A DNA stretch of 64,000 nt, taken from contig CAKVLG010000003.1 of NCBI GenBank assembly GCA_934756675.1, positions 48,768-112,767 on the forward strand, given 5' to 3'. Numbering within the stretch: position 1 is the first letter of the stretch; every line of letters starts with the position of its first letter. The notes beneath the pieces were generated by a model. The model was not told the DNA's origin, did no database searches, and saw only the letters and a program-made list of their open reading frames with translations. The stretch is from an uncultured Clostridia bacterium (lineage in GTDB: Bacteria > Bacillota > Clostridia > Christensenellales > UBA1242). The position numbers were made by a program, and so were the translations under genes. Shown here piece by piece: positions 56,161-64,000 of this stretch.

Positions 56161-56184
56161 AAAAAAATCAGGCATATAGCCTGA
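56161..56184 (-). terminator. intrinsic terminator after efp
   Basis: Minus strand TCAGGC-TATAT-GCCTGA followed by TTTTTTT. A second hairpin, TAAGGC-(10 nt)-GCCTTA plus T run, follows at about 56128..56150. Confidence 0.8.
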
Positions 56185-56187
56185 CGA

Positions 56188-56745
56188 TTATACTCTTGTC
56201 ATGTATGTTCCAGTTCTTGTGTCGATTCTAATTTTGTCGCCAAGGTTAACAAACAATGGAACTTGAAGTGTAAATCCAGTTTCAACAGTTGCTGGTTTGT
56301 TGCCGGCTTTTGATGTATCGCCTTGAACACCAGGTTCTGTTTCTGTTACTGTGAGTTCAACAAACATAGGTGGTTCAACACTAAAAGCTGAGCCTTTGTA
56401 GAATTGAATTGTGCAATTCATATTTTCTGTCATATATTGAAGTGCATCTTCTACTTGATCTTTGTTAAGTGGAACTTGCTCATAAGAATCATTATCCATA
56501 AAGTAATAAAGATCACCATCGTTATATAGGTATGTCATTTCTTTTCTTTCGATATGAGCTTTTTCAAATTTTTCAACTGGGTTAAATGTACGTTCAATAA
56601 CTTGACCAGTAACAATATTTTTCAACTTAGTTCTAACGAAAGCAGCACCTTTACCAGGTTTAACATGTAAGAAGTCAATAACTACATAAATCTTGCCTTC
56701 CATTTCAAAAGTAACGCCTTTTCTTAAATCTCCTGCTGTAATCAT
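56188..56745 (-). CDS. efp: elongation factor P
   Basis: Start at ATG 56745 (GGAGG upstream). [43 protein letters not shown] is canonical EF-P. Confidence 0.93.
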   Translation of the reverse strand: MITAGDLRKGVTFEMEGKIYVVIDFLHVKPGKGAAFVRTKLKNIVTGQVIERTFNPVEKFEKAHIERKEMTYLYNDGDLYYFMDNDSYEQVPLNKDQVEDALQYMTENMNCTIQFYKGSAFSVEPPMFVELTVTETEPGVQGDTSKAGNKPATVETGFTLQVPLFVNLGDKIRIDTRTGTYMTRV

Positions 56746-56797
56746 AAAATCCTCCAAATAGTTTCTTCAATCATTATTACATATATTTGACAAAAAA

Positions 56798-57646
56798 TCA
56801 AATATTTTCATAAAATTTTTGTTTCATTATTAACGCATCACGCGATTGTGACCCGTGTGATTCACAAATAACTTCGCCTTGAATATTATATTTTTTTAAA
56901 ACTGGAATCAAATCTTCAAAACATGGGCCATAGTTCTCTGTATCTGTGTCAAATCGCAAATGTTTTACTTCACCTTTTGCACTATATTCAATCTTTGAAA
57001 AATGAATATGCACATTATTAAACCTATCGCCAAGTTTAGCTTTTAGCTTTAAAAATATTTCTTCATAATCTTTTGGCGATTTTAGCGACCCGCCACAAAA
57101 CGAATTGATATGCCCAAAATCAAGCGTTGGAATAATCATTTCATCAATTGTACAAAGCTCGGCGATTTCTTCGACTGTTCCCATTTGTCCGTGTTTTCCC
57201 ATTGTTTCTGGACACAAATAGACGTCGTTTATACCTTTTTCTTTTAAAAGTTCTACAAATGCTTTAAGATTCTTTTTTATATTTTCTTGTGCTTGCTCCC
57301 TTGTAAGTTTCATCATACTGCCAGGATGAAACACAAGTTTTTTGCAGCCAAGCAATCGCATTTTTAAAACAGAATCCAACAAATACCCAAACGATTTAGC
57401 AATCATCATATCGTCTGGATTTGCAAGGTTAATGTAATATGGTGCATGCACAGTCACTTCTATGTTGTATTTTTTAAATTCTTCGCCAAGTTTTTTCGCA
57501 TTTTCGTCAGATAAATTAACGCCGCGTGTAAATGGATATTCGTACGCGTCAAGCCCGATTTCCGAAAGCCACTTCGCAACTTCCAATGTAGACTTATGGT
57601 TTTCATAAAACCAATCACAATTACCACTAGGACCAAACTTTATCAT
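56798..57646 (-). CDS. endonuclease IV family (AP endonuclease 2, xylose isomerase-like TIM barrel) protein
   Basis: 282 aa. HAPYYINLANPD, FHPGS, LCPETMG, DFGH and ICESHG line up with Nfo metal-binding motifs. Confidence 0.65.
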   Translation of the reverse strand: MIKFGPSGNCDWFYENHKSTLEVAKWLSEIGLDAYEYPFTRGVNLSDENAKKLGEEFKKYNIEVTVHAPYYINLANPDDMMIAKSFGYLLDSVLKMRLLGCKKLVFHPGSMMKLTREQAQENIKKNLKAFVELLKEKGINDVYLCPETMGKHGQMGTVEEIAELCTIDEMIIPTLDFGHINSFCGGSLKSPKDYEEIFLKLKAKLGDRFNNVHIHFSKIEYSAKGEVKHLRFDTDTENYGPCFEDLIPVLKKYNIQGEVICESHGSQSRDALIMKQKFYENI

Positions 57647-57648
57647 TT

Positions 57649-58500
57649 TTACTCCGAATATAGATATATTTTTGATTTTATTTTACCAGAAACATTTTCT
57701 GCTAGGCAAATAATTTCGCCATTATAATAAACAAAAAACTCACCACTTGGTAAATCTTTTAGTACCGGTGTTTTGCCATTTTGAATATCTGTTTTTGTTT
57801 GTGCGTCAACATTAACTTTTGGCAATTTTACAACATCTGTAACATCTATCAGGTGTTTTTGTGGGTCGGCACAAATTTCTTCAACAGTGCAAGCTTTTGC
57901 AATATCAAAAGGTCCGCTTTTTATTCTGTTAATTTCTAGCGTTGTCGACACTGTTCCCATTAATTTTGCAAGGTCAAGTAGTAATGAACGCACGTATGTA
58001 CCCGCTGCGCAATGAATATAAAATGAGTATGTATTCTTTTTTATCTTTTTAATCAGTCTGAACTCAAAAATATTGCACTTTCGTGGTTGAAGATTAATCT
58101 CTTCGTTGTTTTTTGCATATTCGTATGCACGTTTACCATTAATTGATATTGCAGAATAAATTGGCGGCGTTTGCATAATTGTACCAGTTAGTTTGGGTAA
58201 AAACTCTTGCACTTTTTCTTCTTGCACATCAACGTCCTGCACTTCAAGGATTTCACCTTCTGGGTCAAGCGTAGATGTTAGCAAACCAAACTGACAAACC
58301 GCCTCGTACACTTTATCTTTTTTCAAAAAGTAATCAAAAAATCTCGTTGCCTTACCAATTGCAATTGGTAACACCCCAGTTGCATTTGGGTCAAGCGTTC
58401 CAAGATGCCCGCATTTTTCATGCGTTGCGTGTTTTATTTTATTCACAACAAACCCAGACGACACACCCTTTGATTTATTGCAATTGAAAAAGCCTAGCAT
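57649..58500 (-). CDS. truB: tRNA pseudouridine(55) synthase
   Basis: 283 aa with catalytic motif GHLGTLDPNATGVLPIAIGKATR. Confidence 0.9.
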   Translation of the reverse strand: MLGFFNCNKSKGVSSGFVVNKIKHATHEKCGHLGTLDPNATGVLPIAIGKATRFFDYFLKKDKVYEAVCQFGLLTSTLDPEGEILEVQDVDVQEEKVQEFLPKLTGTIMQTPPIYSAISINGKRAYEYAKNNEEINLQPRKCNIFEFRLIKKIKKNTYSFYIHCAAGTYVRSLLLDLAKLMGTVSTTLEINRIKSGPFDIAKACTVEEICADPQKHLIDVTDVVKLPKVNVDAQTKTDIQNGKTPVLKDLPSGEFFVYYNGEIICLAENVSGKIKSKIYLYSE

Positions 58501-59447
58501 TTGTAGACTTTCTCCGTTTCTTTTATTATTTGCTCTTTTATCTTTTCGAATGGTTCAAGCGACTTAAAGCCCGCTGCATTAACATGCCCGCCGCCACCAA
58601 AAGACTCTGCAATCTTTGATATATTAAGTGTTCCTTTAGAGCGAATCGAACCATATAAAGCACCATCATTACCCCTAGAAATAATAGCGGTAATTTTTAC
58701 TTGCTTCAATTGGAACGGTATATATACAAGACCTTTTGTGTCGTCTATTGAAGTGCCTGTATTCTGGAATATATCGCTATCTAGATAAATAATTGCAAGC
58801 GAACCGTCTAAGCAAAATTCTATGTTCTGATACACATATTTCTTAAGCTCAAACTCACCTTGACTGCAACTGTTGTTAAGCGGCTCTGTTAAATAGTCAA
58901 TTGTTTCATTCAAAATAACAGATAATTTGCTTAATGCATAAAACGTTGTTGGTTTAGTATTCGAAAAAATAAGGTTGCCTGTATCTGTATAAATACCTGT
59001 CATAAGACATGTTGCCATATCCTTATCTATCGTTTCATTCATTTGAATAATCATATTAAAAAGCAATTCTGATGTCGATGAAACATTTGTATTAACAATA
59101 TTAACATCTGCAAAATTAGGATTTCCCTTGTGATGATCTATTTGAATAGATGGGTGCAACTTCAAAAACTTGTATTTATTTCTACCAAGCCTATCAGCTG
59201 AAGCCGCGTCTAAGGCAATAGCCAAATCATATTTCTCGCAAGTCTTTTGATTCACTTTATCTATATCTGGCAAAAAAGATATATGCGAAGGAATTGTAGA
59301 ATCTACAAACACATCTACTTTTTTACCCATATTAATTAACAGTTTTCTAAGTGCTAAGCTCGAACCGATAGCATCGCCATCTGTATTGATATGCGTAAAA
59401 ATTGCAACAGCACTAGATTTTTTTATAAGTTCTTGATATTTACTCAT
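58494..59447 (-). CDS. nrnA: DHH/DHHA1 phosphoesterase (NrnA-type oligoribonuclease/pAp phosphatase)
   Basis: Motifs HINTDGDAIGS, DHH (IDHHKGN) and GGGHVNAAG. Start at ATG 59447 (GGAG 8 nt upstream). Confidence 0.8.
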   Translation of the reverse strand: MSKYQELIKKSSAVAIFTHINTDGDAIGSSLALRKLLINMGKKVDVFVDSTIPSHISFLPDIDKVNQKTCEKYDLAIALDAASADRLGRNKYKFLKLHPSIQIDHHKGNPNFADVNIVNTNVSSTSELLFNMIIQMNETIDKDMATCLMTGIYTDTGNLIFSNTKPTTFYALSKLSVILNETIDYLTEPLNNSCSQGEFELKKYVYQNIEFCLDGSLAIIYLDSDIFQNTGTSIDDTKGLVYIPFQLKQVKITAIISRGNDGALYGSIRSKGTLNISKIAESFGGGGHVNAAGFKSLEPFEKIKEQIIKETEKVYKC

Positions 59448-59808
59448 TAGATTCTCCATCTGTTTTGATTGAGTCAAGAATTTTATTGATTTTTTGACCA
59501 TATTCAAGTGAATTATCAATCTCAAAAATAAGTTCTGGTGAAATACGCAAGTTAATCATGCCCGAAACTTCACGCCTTATGTATCCCCTTGCATTGTTGA
59601 TAATTGCAAAAATCTGGTCTTTTGTGTGGCTATGATTTGGCAAAATACTAATATAGACCTTAGCTTGAAACAAGTCAGGAGTTGTTTCAACCTTAGAAAC
59701 CGTCACAAAAGAACCGTCAAGTTCGCTATTGTTCATTTTAAAGTTAATAACTTCAGATATACATTTCTGCATTTCAGAGTTTATTTTTTGCATTCTGTAT
59801 TTTGCCAT
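59440..59808 (-). CDS. rbfA: ribosome-binding factor A
   Basis: 122 aa. N-terminus and TVSKVETTPDL motif are typical. Follows infB. Confidence 0.9.
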   Translation of the reverse strand: MAKYRMQKINSEMQKCISEVINFKMNNSELDGSFVTVSKVETTPDLFQAKVYISILPNHSHTKDQIFAIINNARGYIRREVSGMINLRISPELIFEIDNSLEYGQKINKILDSIKTDGESNE

Positions 59809-59819
59809 AAGTCCTCCAA

Positions 59820-62369
59820 TTATATTTTTTCTAATCCATAAGATTCAAATGTGTCGCCAACTTCAAAGTCTGTGAACTTATCAAATGTTACACCACATTC
59901 AAATCCGCTAGAAACTTCTTTAGCTTCGTTTTTATCTCTTTGAAGCGTTGGCATTGTACCATCGTAGATTATCTTATTCTTACGATAAATACGTACTTTT
60001 GAACCTTTTACAATCTTGCCGTCTAATACATAAGTACCGGCGATTGCACCAAATTTGCTTGCTTTGAAAATAGCACGAATTTCTGCCTTACCATAAACGA
60101 CTTCCTTAAATTTAGGAGCAAGCATGTTATTAATTTGCTCGTTAACGAAATCAATTGCTTCATAAATTACGCGGAAGAACTTGATTTCTACTTTATTCTT
60201 TTCGGCATAAGTTTTTGCTTTGCTGTCTGGTTTAACATTAAAGCCAATGATGCAAGCATGGCCAGCATCTGCGAGCATAACATCGTTTTCTGTTATAGCG
60301 CCAACGCCAGTATGGATAACTCTTACCTTAACTTCTTCGTTTTGAAGAACAGAAAGTGAATTTGTTAAAGCTTCGATAGAACCTTGAACGTCACCTTTAA
60401 TGATAATGTTGTAATCTTTAAAGTTGCTATCTTCCATTTTACTCATAAGCGCATCAAGTGAAAGGTCAGCAGATTTTATCATGTTAGAACGCTCTTTATT
60501 ATGTCTTTCTGCTAGAACTTTTTGCGACAATTTTTCGTTTACAACATAAAGTTCATCACCGGCAGAAGGAACACCATCAAGACCAAGTATTGCAACTGGT
60601 GTAGATGGCTCAGCCTTCTTAACATTTTCGCCCTTATCATTAGTCATCGCACGGATTTTACCGCTACAGTTACCAACAACAACATTATCGCCTGTTTTAA
60701 GTGTACCATTTTGAACAAGTACAGTTGCAACAGAGCCCTTACCTTTATCGAGCCTTGCTTCGATAATAGAACCATAAGCCGCTCTTTTTGGATTTGCACG
60801 CAAGTTTTGGTAATCTGCGACAAATAATACCATTTCAAGTAATTTGTCAATATTTTGACCTGTTTTTGCCGAAATAGGAATCATAATTGCATCGCCGCCC
60901 CATTCTTCTGGGAGAACTTCTTGGTCAGCGAGTTGTTGTTTAATTTTTTCAACGTTAGCTGTGTCTTTATCAATCTTGTTGATTGCAACAATCATTGGAA
61001 CTTTTGCTTCTTTTATAAACTTAATAGCTTCAATGGTTTGAGGCATAACGCCATCATCAGCTGCTACAACCAAAATTGCCACGTCTGTTAATTTTGCACC
61101 ACGTGCACGCATAGCTGTGAACGCAGCATGTCCTGGTGTATCGATAAATGTAATAGGCTCGCCATTTACTTTTATCATGTATGCACCAATATGTTGAGTA
61201 ATACCACCAGCCTCGGTAGATGTTACTTTTGTGTTTCTAATATAGTCTAGAAGTGAAGTTTTACCATGGTCAACATGTCCCATAACAACGACAACTGGTG
61301 GTCTTTTTACCAAGTCTTTTTCGTCGTCAACTTCGGTATGTATTCCAGCAAGTACATCTTCTGCTTTTTCTTCGATTTTTCTTTCTAATGTTACACCAAA
61401 TTCGCTTGCTACAAGCTCTGCTGCATCATAATCAATATTACTATTAATATTCATCATCATACCAAGCTCCATAAGCTTGCTAAGAATTTGTGCTACTGGC
61501 TTACCAATTTTTTCTGCCAATATTTTTACTGTTAAATTTTCGGTTGTGATAACAGCATGGTCAATTGCAGGAGCAACAACCTTTTTAGTCTCTTCTTTGA
61601 CTTTCTTTGACTTTTTCCAAGAGCCAGAGCCAACATAAGACTCGTCAACAAGTGTTTCGTCTTCTACATAGCCACGCATAAGAAGTGCTTTTTTGTTCAT
61701 TTGCTTCTTTTCTTCGCCGCCATGCTTAACAGTTTTTCTTGATGCTGAGTTTGCAAACTTGTTGTGAACATTTAAACTTTCGATAGACTCTGTTGGACGT
61801 GAAATAAGTGGCTTGTTAAATGCTGGTTTTTTGAATGCATTGCCATTAGCATTTACACTTGCACCATTTTGACCGAACTGTGGACGATTTCCAAAAGTTG
61901 GTCTTTGACCATTTGCACCAAATTGTGGTCTAAAGTTACCATTTTGTGGACGGTTACCCATGCGGTTTCCGTTAGAAAAATCTTTTCTAAAACCACCATT
62001 AAACCCATTTTGATTGCGATTTTCTGGGAATTGTTTAAATTGCGTGTTTTGACTGCGTGTTTGCGAAAATTGAGGTTTTTGATTAACCATAGTTTGATGT
62101 TCTTGTCTGCCAGCCACTGGTTCTTGCTTTTTTACCACTTGAACAACTGGTGCTGGCTTAACATCTGTTTTAATTGGAGCTGGTTCTTTTTTAACAGCTG
62201 CTTGTTGTTGCAAATTGATTTCTTTTTGTTTTATGGCAGAATAAATTTGGTCAAGCTTAATTCTTGCCTTTTTTAAGTTACCCATGTATCCTGAAATTAA
62301 ATTTTCAGAAATCAAGTTTTGCATTTTTTTAATGTTATCGTATTCTTGTTTTCCAGTATTTATTGCCAA
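59820..62369 (-). CDS. infB: translation initiation factor IF-2
   Basis: 849 aa with a low-complexity N-terminal region, G domain [18 protein letters not shown] and NKID. Confidence 0.95.
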   Translation of the reverse strand: MAINTGKQEYDNIKKMQNLISENLISGYMGNLKKARIKLDQIYSAIKQKEINLQQQAAVKKEPAPIKTDVKPAPVVQVVKKQEPVAGRQEHQTMVNQKPQFSQTRSQNTQFKQFPENRNQNGFNGGFRKDFSNGNRMGNRPQNGNFRPQFGANGQRPTFGNRPQFGQNGASVNANGNAFKKPAFNKPLISRPTESIESLNVHNKFANSASRKTVKHGGEEKKQMNKKALLMRGYVEDETLVDESYVGSGSWKKSKKVKEETKKVVAPAIDHAVITTENLTVKILAEKIGKPVAQILSKLMELGMMMNINSNIDYDAAELVASEFGVTLERKIEEKAEDVLAGIHTEVDDEKDLVKRPPVVVVMGHVDHGKTSLLDYIRNTKVTSTEAGGITQHIGAYMIKVNGEPITFIDTPGHAAFTAMRARGAKLTDVAILVVAADDGVMPQTIEAIKFIKEAKVPMIVAINKIDKDTANVEKIKQQLADQEVLPEEWGGDAIMIPISAKTGQNIDKLLEMVLFVADYQNLRANPKRAAYGSIIEARLDKGKGSVATVLVQNGTLKTGDNVVVGNCSGKIRAMTNDKGENVKKAEPSTPVAILGLDGVPSAGDELYVVNEKLSQKVLAERHNKERSNMIKSADLSLDALMSKMEDSNFKDYNIIIKGDVQGSIEALTNSLSVLQNEEVKVRVIHTGVGAITENDVMLADAGHACIIGFNVKPDSKAKTYAEKNKVEIKFFRVIYEAIDFVNEQINNMLAPKFKEVVYGKAEIRAIFKASKFGAIAGTYVLDGKIVKGSKVRIYRKNKIIYDGTMPTLQRDKNEAKEVSSGFECGVTFDKFTDFEVGDTFESYGLEKI

Positions 62370-62370
62370 A

Positions 62371-62652
62371 TTACTGTACCCCCAATAAATTTTTTATAGA
62401 TTTTGTTAATTGTTCACTTGTAAGCCCAAGAGCTTGAACGCCAGAAAGTGGAACAATGCGTTCAAAGTCGCTTTGGCTAAAAGTGTAGCAGTCAAATTTT
62501 GATTTTAATTTTTTGCTGGCATTTTCACTCAAAGAATCTTTGCATAGAACAAACTTCACTTTTTTTGACTTTAAAATATTATCTGTTCCAATAACCATCT
62601 GCCTAGATTTGATCGAAAACCCAACATAGGACGCAATTTTATCTATTTCCAC
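62371..62652 (-). CDS. ylxQ: L7Ae/L30e-family RNA-binding protein (YlxQ)
   Basis: 93 aa, placed between ylxR and infB as in Bacillus. Confidence 0.8.
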   Translation of the reverse strand: MEIDKIASYVGFSIKSRQMVIGTDNILKSKKVKFVLCKDSLSENASKKLKSKFDCYTFSQSDFERIVPLSGVQALGLTSEQLTKSIKNLLGVQ

Positions 62653-62893
62653 ATTTTTCTCCTAACTTGTCATAGATACTAGCATCGATATTTTTTTTAT
62701 AACTTTTGTTGAATGCTTTGCTTTTTATTGCCTTTTTTATACATTCTTCATTGTTACATACATAAGCTCCACGGCCTGGGCTTTTTAAAGATTCATCAAT
62801 ATTAATCTCACCAGATTTATTAAGCACAACTTTTATTAGTTCTGATTTATCTTTTTTAGCTCGGCACGCAACACATGTACGTTGTTTAATCAT
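62639..62893 (-). CDS. ylxR: YlxR/RnpM (DUF448) RNA-binding protein
   Basis: Start at ATG 62893 overlaps the nusA stop. Motifs MIKQRTCVACRAKKDKSELIKVV and GRGAYVC. Confidence 0.85.
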   Translation of the reverse strand: MIKQRTCVACRAKKDKSELIKVVLNKSGEINIDESLKSPGRGAYVCNNEECIKKAIKSKAFNKSYKKNIDASIYDKLGEKCGNR

Positions 62894-64000
62894 TATTTTC
62901 TCCAATACCATCAAGGTCGCCAAAAATATTGTCGATATCATCGAGTGAAACTTCTTCGGCACCAGTTTCGTCAGTGTTCTTTTCGAACTCTTGAGCTTTT
63001 GATTCACTCTTAACGTCAATCTTCCAACCTGTAAGTTTTGCAGCTAAACGTACATTCATACCACCTTTACCAATTGCAAGTGAAAGTTTGTCGTCTGGAA
63101 CAATAACTCTAGAGGCTTTAAGTTCTTCATCAATTTCAATACTCAAAACTTTTGCAGGAGAAAGTGCTCTTGCGATATATTCGAATGGATCATCGCTATA
63201 TACGATAATATCGATTTTTTCGCCACCAAGCTCTGCAACAACCGTGTTAACACGAATACCCTTGTTACCAACACAAGCGCCAAGAGCATCAACGTTTGGA
63301 TCGCTAGATGCAATTGCCATTTTTGTTCTGTAACCAGGTTCACGAACGATATTTTTTACAACAACAATACCGTCTGCGATTTCTGGAACTTCTGCTTCAA
63401 ACAATTTTTTAACGAAATTTGGAACTGTTCTCGATACGACAGCTTGAACACCAAATGCTGTTTCTCGCAATTTTTTGATGTAAACCTTAAGTTTATCGTT
63501 AATCTTATAGCTTTCGCTAGCGATTTGGTCACCAGACATCATAATACCTTCGATAGTTGTGCCAGCAAGTTCAACATAAACATTGCCATTTTCAATTCTT
63601 CTAATAATACCATTTGCCAAAGTATCTACTTTGCCAGAAAGTTCAGCAAATGCTGTTTCACGTTCAGCTTCCCTTAATTTTTGAACAATAACTTGTTTTG
63701 CTGTACCAGCTGCAATTCTACCAAAATCTTTTGGTGTAACTTCCTCTTGCACTTGGTCACCAACTTTGTATGATTTTTTGATTTCCTTAGCTTCTTCCAA
63801 AGAAATTTCTGTATCTGGGTCAGCAACTTCTTCTACAACAGTTTTGTATGCATATACTTTGATTGTATTTTTTTCTGGAGAAAGCTTTACGCTTACAGCT
63901 TTTGCTTCACCAAAATTCTTTTTATATGCAGCAACTAATGCTGATTCAAGTGCTTGAATAAAGAACTCCTTTTTTACTCCTTTTGTTTGTTCAAGTTCGT
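62886..64000 (-). CDS. nusA: transcription termination/antitermination factor NusA (5' end beyond the right window edge)
   Basis: Frame is open to position 64000 (..ELEQTKGVKKEFFIQALESALVAAYKKNF..). S1 and two KH domains (VTPKDFGRIAAGTAKQVI, GACVGNKGIRV, AIGKGGMNVRLAAKLTG). Confidence 0.92.
   Translation of the reverse strand, partial: ELEQTKGVKKEFFIQALESALVAAYKKNFGEAKAVSVKLSPEKNTIKVYAYKTVVEEVADPDTEISLEEAKEIKKSYKVGDQVQEEVTPKDFGRIAAGTAKQVIVQKLREAERETAFAELSGKVDTLANGIIRRIENGNVYVELAGTTIEGIMMSGDQIASESYKINDKLKVYIKKLRETAFGVQAVVSRTVPNFVKKLFEAEVPEIADGIVVVKNIVREPGYRTKMAIASSDPNVDALGACVGNKGIRVNTVVAELGGEKIDIIVYSDDPFEYIARALSPAKVLSIEIDEELKASRVIVPDDKLSLAIGKGGMNVRLAAKLTGWKIDVKSESKAQEFEKNTDETGAEEVSLDDIDNIFGDLDGIGENND

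Noticed and set aside
61799-62009. Repetitive Gln/Asn/Gly/Arg/Phe-rich segment (NRPQFG-like repeats) in the N-terminal part of IF-2
   Set aside because: The N-terminal region of bacterial IF-2 is normally variable, repetitive and low in complexity. Nothing suggests a separate element.

Overview
AT-rich (about one-third GC by eye, not computed) chromosomal segment from an endospore-forming Firmicute with Clostridia-like gene order. Almost everything is transcribed on the minus strand. The content is core genome. Housekeeping blocks are mutS-miaB, thiI plus a cysteine desulfurase, aspS-gatCAB, scpAB, nusB-xseAB-recN, efp, and nusA-ylxR-ylxQ-infB-rbfA-nrnA-truB. These are interleaved with dense sporulation loci: yunB, spoVAC-AD-AE, spoIIAA-spoIIAB-sigF, ytfI/ytfJ, two DD-carboxypeptidases, spoIIM, spo0A, spoIVB and spoIIIAA-AH. 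There are 8 tRNA genes (a 6-gene operon plus Gly and Thr singletons) and three ABC-F ATPase paralogs. I saw no transposase, integrase, CRISPR array, prophage or recognisable defence system. The most interesting signal is non-coding and lies between an ABC-F gene and aspS. A consensus promoter and a strong SD drive a 26-codon ORF with 8 Asn codons, 7 of them within 9 codons. The 3' end of that ORF can pair with the 5' arm of a strong intrinsic terminator just upstream of aspS-gatC-gatA-gatB. This looks like a ribosome-mediated, Asn-sensing leader-peptide attenuator on the tRNA-dependent Asn pathway, sitting where a Firmicute would be expected to use a T-box. Other points worth a second look: a G8 homopolymer frameshift in a PNPOx-like gene; an ABC-F gene with a mini-ORF and terminator leader; an apparently leaderless GNAT-ABC-F operon; a GC-rich patchwork of tRNA-Thr fragments and duplicated terminators; a Spo0A ortholog with a divergent receiver domain; a SpoIIIAF cut down to its 55-aa membrane hairpin; and an Asn/Thr-rich lipoprotein gene inserted between sigF and spoVAC. 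All calls come from reading the sequence and the ORF track, with no database searches.
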